Shown here: one piece after another, positions 1-10,399 of the stretch
Layout: each line of letters begins with the position of its first letter
Position numbering within the stretch: position 1 is the stretch's first letter
From: Octopus bimaculoides
Taxonomy: Eukaryota
Length of the DNA stretch: 51,723 nucleotides
Direction: 5' to 3'
NCBI RefSeq assembly: GCF_001194135.2
Contig: NC_068982.1
Span: forward strand, 90,408,070-90,459,792
Position numbers and translations under genes: made by a program
The notes under the pieces: generated by a model
Told to the model about the DNA's origin: nothing
Database searches by the model: none
Seen by the model: the letters and a program-made list of their open reading frames with translations, nothing else

Positions 1-222
1 GTTTTTGTCTCTCTCGCCAAGGTCAGCAGCTATCGAACGCCGAAGAAGGGAAATAACCCTGAAATCCGGATCCGTTCGTGCTGCAGATCGTGGTGAGAGG
101 GATAACTTCCCTTGGCAAACAGGACACAGTCGTGTGTCGATAAGCCAGCTGGAGGAGATGTCCTCCTGGGGCTAAAAGCAACAGTAACATCCACCCCTAG
201 GGGTCAGCCACACTTAAGTGGC
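1..222 (-). mobile_element. Interspersed repeat fragment resembling the 5' region of an RTE-clade LINE or an RTE-related SINE, cut by the window edge
   Basis: GC-richer block with several short hairpins (gacaca-gtcg-tgtgtc; ggagg-agatgt-cctcc). The minus strand reads ...ttttagccccaggaggacatctcctccagctggc...tttcccttcttcggcg..., which resembles RTE 5' UTRs from memory only. No ORF. Confidence 0.35.
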
Positions 223-281
223 AATATACTACACTTTATCGTGCAGTTACTGTTAATACTTCATTTAGAGAATTAACATTG

Positions 282-283
<2 letters not shown>

Positions 284-314
<31 letters not shown>
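284..314. repeat. (TA)n microsatellite
   Basis: Direct observation. Confidence 0.95.
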
Positions 315-318
<4 letters not shown>

Positions 319-730
319 GTGAATGCGTGTTTGTAACTCTTGTGGTTTCGGATACATACTCGTCTGCATCATATTTTTATATCTTGAAGTCACCTTCTGG
401 CTGGTTTTAAATTTCAGCCTTCCCAATATTGTAGTTATCTCATATTTACATTTCTCTATATTTGGACAATTTCTCCATTTATTTTAATGATACATTTTTA
501 TCTGCTGGAAGTGATTCTTCGATCAACAAAATTGCTAAAACAGTTAAATGCTTTGTTGTATCTAGTTACATCATTTTTTATTTTGATTTTTGGTTCTTTT
601 AGTTGAAATCCTGCCAATGTCATTTTTCTGCAGTTGTTAAAACAAGTACCAATTACGTACTAGGATAAATTTAATCGACTATATCCATTTCCCAAAATAT
701 CAAATTCTACGCCAATGTTTAAGATTTTAT

Positions 731-938
731 TATGAGGTGCTGCTGAAAAGGTCCTGGCTTTGAGTAAAAGAAAATGCAGGAGAATCAGTTAATCATGATT
801 TTATCCAATATATTCTTCCCTCAGATTCACTCACTTATTGCAGTAGTCCTTCAGTTTTCTAATCCCGGTAAAAGAACGCCGAATGTTGGGCCTTTCACAA
901 TACCCTTAAGGCTAGGAACTATTCAACATCCCTTCGAA
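731..938 (+). mobile_element. Mariner-derived MITE (~208 bp), copy 1
   Basis: Imperfect ~31-bp TIRs: tatgaggtgctgctgaaaaggtcctggcttt and aaggctaggaactattcaacatcccttcgaa. The interior aligns by eye to the reverse complement of 10565-10781 and resembles a degenerate mariner transposase C-terminus (RxxKCVxLxGxYVE-type tail) on the minus strand. Confidence 0.8.
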
Positions 939-1799
939 GAGTCGTAATAAGTGTTGCCTAGGTGGAAACAGTAGCGTAGTGAACTAAACACTGTGCAACG
1001 TGCGTTTATTTACGTTCTAAGGGTTCACATTTAATTTTGTTACTACTGAGTTGGTAAAATACGTCGTTGCTTTCTGTCAATTTATTCCCAAGAATAGTCA
1101 GAACGGCAGAGAACTGAACGATATGACAGTATTTAGTCTCGTCAGTTTACATACCTAAAAATCTTGGTTTCAATTTAATCAACTAACATGTCTCCTCTAA
1201 AACCTCTTGGCTATAGTCCCATACGGGAAATTCTTATAATTACTACCATCTTTCCTCCCCTTCCCACATAGTATGATTTATATAATTTAAAAAGCACGTC
1301 AATATTTCCCTTTCTTATGTAACATATTAAAAGTTTAATCTTGGGTGGCATACTTACAACTTTTCTGTTTTAATGATTGCGCAAAAACACGTTCTGGCAA
1401 CGTTTTCAGACTCTAGTGTTTATTATTTTCTGGATCTTGCCAATGTCTATACTTATTAGTAAAATCTCCATGCTTTCATTGAAGCAACTATGTATTATTC
1501 CAATTAGAAATGAAGTGGTGGACATATTTCTTGTATGCCTGAATGACTTTAAGTTAATGGCTGATTCACTCTGATTCCTTTGCTTTTCAAATCGTTTCTC
1601 ATATTATAGACCTTTCTATTGCAATGTCAATTATTAAATTACTATTGTTGTTCTTATAAAGATATATAGTATTAGAATAGATTTCCTTGTGTTAATTCAG
1701 GATATGTCTGGATGCTAACGTCCTACAATTCTTTTCAGGAAACAATCACACTTCTAAATTTATTATAGCAATTTTAGTTATCTCTCTCGATTATATATA

Positions 1800-1801
1800 T
1801 G

Positions 1802-1856
<55 letters not shown>

Positions 1857-1868
1857 ATGTGTGTGTGT
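1800..1868. repeat. (GT)n microsatellite
   Basis: Direct observation. Confidence 0.95.
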
Positions 1869-1873
1869 ATTAC

Positions 1874-2138
1874 GAAAGCGCATAGCTCAGTGGTTACAGC
1901 GTTGGATTCACAATTATGAGGCAGTGAGTTCGATTCTCGGACGTGGCTGTATGTTGTGTTCTTGTGCAAAAGACACCTTATTTCATGTTGCTCCAGTTCA
2001 CTCAGCTGTAGAAACAGGTTGTGACTTCACTGGTACCAAGCTGTATCGATCTTTGCCTTTCCCTTGCACAACATCAGTGGCGTGGAGAGAGGAGTCTAGT
2101 TTCCATGGATGAATGCTGGTCTTCCATAAACAACCTTG
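1874..2138 (+). mobile_element. tRNA-derived CORE-type SINE (family C), 3'-truncated
   Basis: A-box tagctcagtggtt and B-box gagttcgattctc, followed by a CORE-like block ttgtgttcttgtgcaaaagacaccttatttcatgttgctccagttcactcagctgtag. Related heads at 23183, 32211 and 48195. Confidence 0.8.
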
Positions 2139-2347
2139 CTGGCAGAGTCGTTAGCATGCCGGGTGAAATGCTTAGCGGCATTTCGTCTGTCGTTATGCTT
2201 TGCGTTCAAATTCCGCCGAGGTCGACTTTGCGTTTCATTCTTTCGAGGTCGATTAAATAAGTACCAGTTACTCACTGGGGTCGATGTAATCGACTTAATT
2301 CCTTCCCCTAAATTTCAGGCCTTGTGCTTACGGTAGGAAGGATTATT
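2138..2347 (+). mobile_element. tRNA-derived SINE with a Nin/Deu-like central motif (family B)
   Basis: Reads gctggcagagtcgttagc...gttcaaattccgccgaggtcgactttgcgtttcattctttcgaggtcgattaaataagtaccag...ctggggtcgatgtaatcgact. Aligns to copies at 8713 and 36137. Confidence 0.85.
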
Positions 2348-3023
2348 TTCTCTACGGAAACCATGCAGTCCTTGAAAGGACATTCGGATTTACCAAGCGA
2401 GGATAATAACCGAGACTAGTAACTTATCAGTAACTCGAATACCACCAACATTCGATGAGGCTAGACGGCATTGAGAACCGGTCTCAGAGTTAACATGGTA
2501 ACCGCCAGGATTATATATCACTTGAAACCATTAAACCAATTTTGGAAATATTACTTTGGATCTATCTATCTATCTATCTATATANNNNNNNNNNNNNNNN
2601 NNNNNNNNNNNNNNNNNNNNNNNNNNNNNNNNNNNNNNNNNNNNNNNNNNNNNNNNNNNNNNNNNNNNNNNNNNNNNNNNNNNNNNNNNNNNNNNNNNNN
2701 NNNNNNNNNNNNNNNNNNNNNNNNNNNNNNNNNNNNNNNNNNNNNNNNNNNNNNNNNNNNNNNNNNNNNNNNNNNNNNNNNNNNNNNNNNNNNNNNNNNN
2801 NNNNNNNNNNNNNNNNNNNNNNNNNNNNNNNNNNNNNNNNNNNNNNNNNNNNNNNNNNNNNNNNNNNNNNNNNNNNNNNNNNNNNNNNNNNNNNNNNNNN
2901 NNNNNNNNNNNNNNNNNNNNNNNNNNNNNNNNNNNNNNNNNNNNNNNNNNNNNNNNNNNNNNNNNNNNNNNNNNNNNNNNNNNNNNNNNNNNNNNNNNNN
3001 ATGTATATATATATATATATATA

Positions 3024-3265
3024 TTGGGTTGGTAACTAAGTTACCGCCTTTATTTTTTAATTTTGGAATCTATTTTGTCTTTTGTTTTTTTTTTCTAGTT
3101 AGTATTAGTTAATTTTTGTTTATTTTCAAATCATTAAAATGGAATGTCAACCTAAGAAAAACGAGCATTTTCGACACCTCCTTCTTTTTGCTTTTAATCC
3201 AGGTTCTAAGGCCGCGAAAGCTGCTCACGACATTTGTGCTGTGTGTGGAGAGGGTGCCATAGCTG
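3024..3265 (+). mobile_element. Mariner 5' fragment (left TIR plus transposase N-terminus)
   Basis: TA at 3022-3023 then the TIR-like ttgggttggtaactaag. ATG at 3139 gives MECQPKKNEHFRHLLLFAFNPGSKAAKAAHDICAVCGEGAIA, a typical mariner first-HTH N-terminus, which then breaks off. Confidence 0.8.
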
Positions 3266-3560
3266 TGATGTTCACATTATACGTTGATATTTAATCTCGG
3301 GACAGCCTTGTTTGTGTTCAGACGTTGACCACTTCACTTTGGATCCAGAAACAATGCATCATGGGCATCCTTATTCTTTGTGTCTGTCACCATTTTAAGG
3401 CAATACGGTATGTTTATAGCAATTTTCTGGCTGAAATGCGTAGTTGGTCAACTGACAGCGCAAAGGTTCTCTCATTGTTCCCCCAAATCACTCGAATATA
3501 AGGATTTCGGACTGGATGTCTTGTAGCATTTGTTCTGTTTTTTATGTGTTCTGTGTGCAA
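3266..3560 (-). mobile_element. Heavily decayed RTE-like LINE ORF2 C-terminal fragment
   Basis: Frameshifted minus-strand pieces SQKIAI, DRHKE, DAHDALFLDPK and GCPEIKY resemble the RTE C-terminus (..KI..RR.RFAGHC.RH.E....L.W.P....GRP..Y). Many stops. Confidence 0.4.
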
Positions 3561-4595
3561 ATCCTCTCATAGTCAGCTTCCCAGAAGACTTAATTCGCCG
3601 CCTGGTTTTACAAAATCATCCCCAGACACCTTGAGTATTTTTAAGCAAGTACTCTGTTGCTAGCATTCGAGTCAGTTTTCCGGAGTATCTTCTTTCCCAC
3701 TCTATTGTCTCAGAGACTCTGTAAAGGGTCATAGGCGCCACTTTCTCCTCTGATGAAGAAAGCAAAAATAAAGTTGATCGATCTGCTTCTTCGTTTCGGT
3801 ATTATATTTTCTTCTGCACATTACTTCATTGGTATTAATTCTCATGATAAGTCTTTCCATTGGTAGTAAAGCTTCCATGTTTGAAGATATGTAGTTGACA
3901 ACGAAGTAAAGCTAACTTTGGTTTACTCTGGGTTTTTTTTTTTTTATTATTTCCCCTGTCAACAACGTTAAAGACGAATTAAGCCATTGACTAGCAGTTT
4001 TGTTTTTCATCACCCATTTATCTACTTCTATTACTTTCTTTTTTTCTTTCTTTCTTTCTTTCTTTATTCCATTCTTTCTCTCCTTCCTTCTTCCTTTGTT
4101 TCTTTCTTTCTTTCTTTCTTTCGCTCTGTCTTTCTTTTTCGTGATTGTGCTTACAGAGTTTGTCTATTACAGCTTTATATTCCATTTTAACGTGATTGTG
4201 TTTACAAAGATTGTCCATTACCGCCTTATATTGTTTTGGTACACAAATTACCACAAGATTTAGTATGTTGCCTTGCTCTGTTTGTTTTTTTCCCCGACTT
4301 ACTCTGCAGCTAAACTCATTTTTTTCCCACAATGTGTCCGTTTGTGTCACTCAAGCTGTACATAACCATGATTTTCTACAGACACCCATCATAAGGAGAA
4401 AACTGTAAATGTTTTCAAAACATGTAATATATTTCTGTAGCCTACAATTTCTAATATTCAAGACTTGAAATGCAAACCCATAAAATACTATCATTATTTG
4501 TGTACTTAATTATACATATCTATATTCGTATTTACCCATCAGATACTTGAACCATTACAAATTTCTATCCCACCCCCCGCCCACTTCTCTCCCCA

Positions 4596-4596
<1 letters not shown>

Positions 4597-4654
<58 letters not shown>
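4597..4654. repeat. (CT)n microsatellite
   Basis: Direct observation. Confidence 0.95.
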
Positions 4655-4657
<3 letters not shown>

Positions 4658-4683
4658 AAGGCAACATACTAAATCATTTTCAG

Positions 4684-4772
4684 GTTATCTGAGACAGCTG
4701 AGAAAGAGAGAGGAAGCTGTTCTGAGAACGAATCCCAGGTCCGAATACTTGCAACGGAGTGGACGCCGTTAA
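4684..4772 (+). CDS. Candidate terminal coding exon (unidentified): x-YLRQLRKREEAVLRTNPRSEYLQRSGRR*
   Basis: Acceptor tactaaatcattttcag|G with a branch-point-like motif and an upstream (CT)n tract. Open frame to TAA at 4770-4772 in a locally GC-richer, non-TE block. No upstream exon or nearby polyA signal found. Confidence 0.25.
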
Positions 4773-5171
4773 AGTCACTCATGGGTCAGGTGGTGGTGTT
4801 AATCCGTGTAGCGGATTAAGTCTACCATCAAAAGAAATCCTTTTACCAGTTATTTATCAGTTTGATCCAGAACTTCTATTTCTTTTTTCTTTTTTTGTGT
4901 TCCTACATATAAGCCATTCGTCTACAGATGCATTTGCTCCTTTTCCTAATCCGATTTGTGCAGTCATTTGGGAAAATGATTATTTCTTGGCTGATGTTTC
5001 CTTCAAGTCTTTGATCTTTAGTTTAACTTGTTTGTATTCGTTTTACTTATTAACATGATTTATTACTTTTCAAGTCAAATTCGCGACGTATTCGTATGGA
5101 TCTTATTACTGCTCTATATCAATTCCTCATAGTGTGCAATGGTAGTTTGTCTTTCGAATATTTATTTCTTA

Positions 5172-5280
5172 AATTGGCGCAAAGCCAAAACCAATTTTGA
5201 AAGTGGATGGCACTATCGTTTTGGCTCACTAAATAACAGGTACACATTTTATTGATTCCTGATAGATGAAAGGCAAAGAT
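5172..5280 (-). mobile_element. Family B SINE fragment, degenerate
   Basis: ggtacacattttattgattcctgatagatgaaaggcaaag is the reverse complement of the family B central motif. Confidence 0.6.
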
Positions 5281-5329
5281 AAAAAGAATCTTTTTTTCTT
5301 CTAAAACACTCTCTCTAAATACATTGCTT

Positions 5330-5770
5330 CTTATCTATCCCCAGCATTTCACACTTCAACCTTCCAGCAAAGCTCAAGTTAGATGCATCTCTGGGATGAT
5401 GATGCTGTTCTATATGCAAATATCTTCAACGACATATCCTCTAAAAAACATAAAGAAAGAAAAAAAATCATCAAACTGATCCTCCCTTGCTAGCATACTC
5501 CATTCTTCACCTCAGTGATATGCTGTCTCTTCACTTTAACCTCTCAGCTGCTACGTCAGCTGCCTCTTCTCTTAATTGATCCAGGGTTACCTCCCTTCAG
5601 GCCCTCCCAACTCACTTGTGTCTCTTCCTGTAGCCCAAATTCTATCCACCCTTGACTACCAGCCTCTGCATCAGCCATATTCCTCATTCTTTTATATCCA
5701 TATTGACATCCTTCTGAAACTTCTTCCTGCAGCTGTAAAATTGTTCAAAGGAATATTAACTTCATCGGTG
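5330..5770 (+). mobile_element. CR1/L2-group LINE 3' fragment, decayed
   Basis: ...KAQV.. then HLWDDDAVLYANIFNDI...IIKLI (CR1-type 'HLWDGA...LDRIQRKAIRLI'), ending in ...cttcctgcagctgt..ttgttcaaaggaatattaac (FPAAV..FK.NIN-type C-terminus). Pyrimidine-rich plus strand. Confidence 0.6.
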
Positions 5771-7396
5771 TCACTTGCCTCCGTAAACCAACGAAAGCCG
5801 TCATAAATGCTAGTATTGTACTGCATTTATTCAGTACAACACTACTGGATAGTAGTGTATTATCCATAATTTTCATTTATTACGGGTTAGCTTGGAGAAT
5901 GAGTGCAGTATCCATAATTTTTGCTGGGTCTCTGAGATTACTGTTGAATAATCAAGAAATTACGGCCCGTGGGCTTATTACAGTAGAAAAAGCCCGATGT
6001 TCTAAAGAGTTTTCCTTAAACAAACTGAAAGCTTTCAGACCAGTAAGCTCTGCTAATGACACTGACGAAATAATCAGTTTGTGAAAGTAGGCAATTGATC
6101 AGATCTAACTCTCAATAATATGTACAATCTATCGAACATAAACAAACAATGCAAGTAACAACATTTTGAAGTGTTATATTTTTCACCCCCTCAATTAGAT
6201 CCAGCGTCCTACTTTTGATCATCACTTGTATCACGCTTCTCTTAATTTGTCATTCTACAAAATAACTCTTCAACCCGCCTCTGCTATTCTCTTTGTTTCT
6301 AATCAGTTACACAGCAAATTAACCAGTTATTTTTTTTTTCCAGTTGTTAATTTTCAAGCTTGCTTCCGTTATGTCTTCCATACTTATATCATACTAATTA
6401 TTATACAATACTACAATGTTCTATACCTTTTAAAAACTATTCACAATTCACTAATCATACCAAATATATATACATACATTTATCTCTGCGTGTGCGTGCT
6501 TATCGAGAAAGACAGAGAGCGAAAGAATGGAAGAAAGAGAAAGAGAGATACATAATTAGATAGATTACATAAACTTTATACATAAAATTTGCGAGTTGTA
6601 ATGTTCCACACGTAACCATTGATTTCTCGCTTCCATTTACTCCATTTTCAGAATTTGCCACTATATCTTAAATCAGAATAATTACTAACCAGAATGTTCA
6701 CTAAAAATGACTGTCTCTTCTCTTTCTCTTGCGGCAAAATAACATACATCTCTTCTATTTTCAAGTTCAGTGGCTGTTAATATTGAATGTTCAAATTCAT
6801 ATTGTTATAATTTGTCTTAGATTTTAGTCTAGTTTCAGACTTATTATATTAATTTTTCATGTTACTTCTTCCTGTTATTGTACGACTCTATCACGTACGT
6901 GTATCTTTATCGTTCTGAATCTTATATTACTTTGTTATTAGATAAATTTATACTTTGTTGTACAAATTGTTTCTGTATTATTATTAAAACTCCACACATG
7001 TATATTGTGAATTCCATCACAAATTCCTTCACAAACCCTTTATAATTCTTGCTTTAAGTGGTTTCTTTTATCTTCGTTCATTGCCAACAGTTTCACGTCA
7101 TCCTTAAATATTTTTGGTAGTTTTCTGTATTTATATAATTATAATTTTCCTTTGTTGTTGGAGCTTTAATCTACGTATCTCAAAATACAAAATCACCAAA
7201 CTATTCTCTGTTGATAATAACATTTTACTGAAGTTTTCTTCGAGTCTGATTTGTCTGAGAAGACTTATGAACAAAAGCATTTCATTTGTGACCATCCTGC
7301 TTGTATCTGGTTACCTGGTTCCTACAGCTTCACGGCAATGGACCAGAGACATGATGTACACAGAATCAGAGTAGACAACGCGTTATTATTTTTTAA

Positions 7397-8185
7397 GAGG
7401 GTTGGGAAAAATCTGGGATCTTGGTGGTTTTCGTCACTGTTTACAATTTTGTTCCAATTGTCTTCAAATTTCGTATATGGATTACGTTTTGTATACTAAT
7501 TATGAAAATAAAATTCATTTTCCCTATAAACCCACAATTAAAAAAGTTATTAGTTTTTAAACTCTGCAAAATTTGGGTATTTTAGCCAATCAGAAGCGAG
7601 TATTTTACACATCACATTGGCGAAAAATTCTGTTTCCATACTAACCAAAGATGCTGCGCATACGCACAAGGAGGAGAAGGAAATATGAGAAAGGTAATTT
7701 ATTTTATAAAGTTCTAGAGTTTTTTGCAAACATTCGTTTTTGAATTTTTTAAACTAATAAATGTCTGTTTTAAACAATGTTTTGACTGTTATTTCTAGCA
7801 ACTCCTGTTGGTTTGTTTTTCATAGCTTTTAAATATTTAATTTACTCGCGAATGTTTTAATGTTAACTTTGGTCGTGTATATTTTAACGCTTGGACTGTT
7901 ATTTCTAGCAATGTTTTGACATGCTGATACCCCCACTTCACCCCACCCTTTCCGATGACGGAAGAGGCAGCGGACTCGCTGTTTTTGTGATTGGCTGAAA
8001 ATTCTGAAAATTATCAAATTTTGATCACCTGTAACATTTTCGCAAATTTTTTCTGGAATAAATGAGTAACAAATTCGGATTCAGCGTCAAAACTTACATC
8101 TATATGATGCATTAAAAATATTTTTAAAAATATAATTGTGAACAGTGACAAAAACCATAAAGATCCAAGATTTGATAAAGATTTG
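7397..8185. mobile_element. Non-autonomous DNA transposon with long imperfect terminal inverted repeats
   Basis: 7408-7447 and the reverse complement of 8134-8173 match at 35/40. Weaker inverted similarity continues inward (ttttagccaatcagaagcgagt at ~7580 versus actcgct...gattggctgaaaa at ~7974-8001). An 18-bp direct repeat gactgttatttctagcaa occurs at 7784 and 7894. Confidence 0.7.
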
Positions 8186-8574
8186 TCGCATAAATTCGAA
8201 CATTTCTCCTTTTTCCAAAGACGAGTTCCGTTAACATTTAGCTTCTCTTCATACTCACAACACACACACACACACGCATATAGAACACCGTTTAAAATAT
8301 TTGTATCACTATTTTTCATGCTGATACACAACAAGCGTCTTCCGTTTCTGCTGTTCACTATAAACATGTGATTCCTCGTTGGTTCGATTTTACATGGCAT
8401 TTTTCTTTGGTCAGAGCTGCAAAGACTTCTAGAAAAATAAAAGAGTTAACATACCAAAGTACTCACTATTAAAAAAGATCACTTATGTTTTCAGTGACCA
8501 TAGAGATGACAATTGATCATTATATTTTAAGCTGCATAATGCGGAGAATGAAATGTCTTACGGCCATTTAGGTA

Positions 8575-8700
8575 CCGGGATTAAATTTCGCTGACATCAA
8601 CTTCACAATAGTGTAAAGTACAGGTCAAATACTGGGGCGATTTAACTGACTAACTCTTCTGCAAAGCATGTGGTTTTGCCCCTTTAATAGAAATCAATAT
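8575..8700 (+). mobile_element. Family B SINE fragment, very degenerate
   Basis: aagtacaggtcaaatactggggcgatttaactgac...gaaatcaatatt matches the 3' half of the 8713 copy. Confidence 0.5.
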
Positions 8701-8712
8701 TATAAGTATGGC

Positions 8713-8932
8713 AAGGCGGCGATCTGGCAGAATCGTTACCACGCTGGGCAAAATACTTCGCGGCATTTCGCCCGTCTCTCCACGTACTGACTTCAAATTC
8801 CGTCGGAGTCGACTTTGCGTTTCACTCATTTGGGGTCGATAAATTAAGTATCAGTTGAGTACTGTGATCCAGGAAATATGCTTAACCACTCCCCAGAATC
8901 TGCTGGTCTTGTAATAAATTTGAAATCAATAT
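8713..8932 (+). mobile_element. Family B SINE, near full length
   Basis: aaggcggcgatctggcagaatcgttacc...cttcaaattccgtcggagtcgactttgcgtttcactcatttggggtcgataaattaagtatcag...tttgaaatcaatatt. Confidence 0.85.
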
Positions 8933-9049
8933 TGTAAGACAAAATGCTGTCATAGTTTGTTTTGTCTCTTTACGTTCTGAGCACCAGGGGAATGTCTGGG
9001 TCAACAGAAACGACTGAAACTCTAATTCAGGATGAATTGTATACATACT

Positions 9050-9452
9050 AGACGCAGGAGAGGCTGTGTGATAAGAAGCTTACTTGCCAACCAAATGGTT
9101 CTGGCTTCAGTCTCATTGCGTGGAACCTTGGGCAAGTGTCTTCTACTATTGCCTCGAGTCGACCAAAGCCTTGTTAGTGGATTTGATACACGAAACTGAA
9201 ATAAACCCGTCGTATATGTATATGCGTGTGCGTGTGTCTGTGTCTATGTCTGTGTTTGTCCCTCACCATCGCTTGTCAACCGATGTTGCTGTGTTTACGT
9301 CCCCATAACTTAGCGGTTCGGCAAAAAGCTAGCGATAGAATAAGTACTAGGCTTACAAAGAATAAGTCCTGGGGTGAATTTGTTCGACTAAAAGCAGTGC
9401 TCCAGCATGGCCACAGTCAAATGACTGAAACAAGTAAAAGCATAAAAGAATA
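9050..9452 (+). mobile_element. tRNA-derived CORE-type SINE (family A), full length, with internal (TA/TG)n
   Basis: tRNA-like head (ggctgtgtgataagaag...ggcttcagtctc), CORE-like ccttgggcaagtgtcttctactat, internal tatatgtatatgcgtgtg, and 3' tail ...ctccagcatggccacagtcaaatgactgaaacaagtaaaag. Confidence 0.9.
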
Positions 9453-9772
9453 TGAATATAAGAAAACAATATTACAAGTGTAAGAACCATGATTCCTCAA
9501 TCACCACAAAGACTCCTAAAATATCCTCAAGAATCGCCAGAGGAGACATGAAAGCAAAAATAAAGAAAGTCTTCAGGTTAAATCTATGAAATTTGGTTTC
9601 AGAGTGTGGCAGGAATATCGTGGATCAATGGTTCTGTTCGATAATTTCTCATGTAAAGGATATTTTAAAACGTTTTGAATCATTTCCATTTCAATGAGCC
9701 GGTGAGTGACATTTGCGTGGTTACATGAACAGCAAGAATTAGCAGTCAAGTTTCCCTCTAATCACTCACACC

Positions 9773-9782
9773 ACTCACACAC

Positions 9783-9837
<55 letters not shown>

Positions 9838-10044
9838 AAATACATACACACATAAACACATACACACACATATAAACACGCACACATACATGGACCACTG
9901 GCTACTTAGTCATTACTTTCAGCTTACTTTACATATATGAGTTTTAAAAAAAGGGAACTATATATATAAATATATATATATATGTATGTATTTATATATA
10001 TGTATTTATATATATGTATTTATATATATGTATTTATATATATT
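9773..10044. repeat. CA-rich and TA-rich simple repeats
   Basis: (CA)n at ~9773-9889 and (TA)n/tatatatatgtatt units at ~9959-10044. Confidence 0.9.
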
Positions 10045-10147
10045 TTTATACCAAAATTTGGCAAAAATATTGTATCTGTTATCAAGCGTAGCAAAATACT
10101 AACAAGTGAGTTTTTGTATTTATATCGATTTAAATGAGAGCTCAGAT

Positions 10148-10216
10148 CTGATCCATTGAAAATACTTTATTATGATAATGACCTCTAATCATAATAAAGT
10201 ATTTTCAATGGATCAG
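10148..10216. repeat. Perfect 29-bp inverted repeat with an 11-nt spacer (hairpin)
   Basis: ctgatccattgaaaatactttattatgat (10148-10176), spacer aatgacctcta, then atcataataaagtattttcaatggatcag (10188-10216). It lies 3 bp from an N-gap. Confidence 0.9.
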
Positions 10217-10399
10217 TTTNNNNNNNNNNNNNNNNNNNNNNNNNNNNNNNNNNNNNNNNNNNNNNNNNNNNNNNNNNNNNNNNNNTATATATACGTCACC
10301 TATTTGTTATATCATGCTTTGTATTGATAAATAAGCTATAAATGTGGCCAAATCTATGTGTTTGTAAATCTGAGCTTTTCTTCATTTTCTGATTATTTA

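Noticed and set aside
120-222. Possible HDV-like ribozyme at the putative RTE 5' end (hairpin followed by GGCTAA)
   Set aside because: I could not find a P3/L3 UCC motif, P1.1 or a matching P2 on either strand. An Infernal search with HDV-like CMs would be decisive.
1874-1950. tRNA-like sequences (also at 9050, 23183, 32211 and others)
   Set aside because: A/B boxes are present but there is no complete cloverleaf, and each runs into a SINE body. They are SINE heads, not tRNA genes.
3750-3800. CTGATGA followed by a hairpin
   Set aside because: It is followed by TTTCG rather than GAAA, so it lacks hammerhead order. CTGATGA at 43808 and 50610 also lacks the partner core, and the latter is mariner coding sequence.
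5899-6084. 61-aa ORF MSAVSIIFAGSLRLL...
   Set aside because: No recognisable motif or convincing splice context on either strand; the length is within chance.
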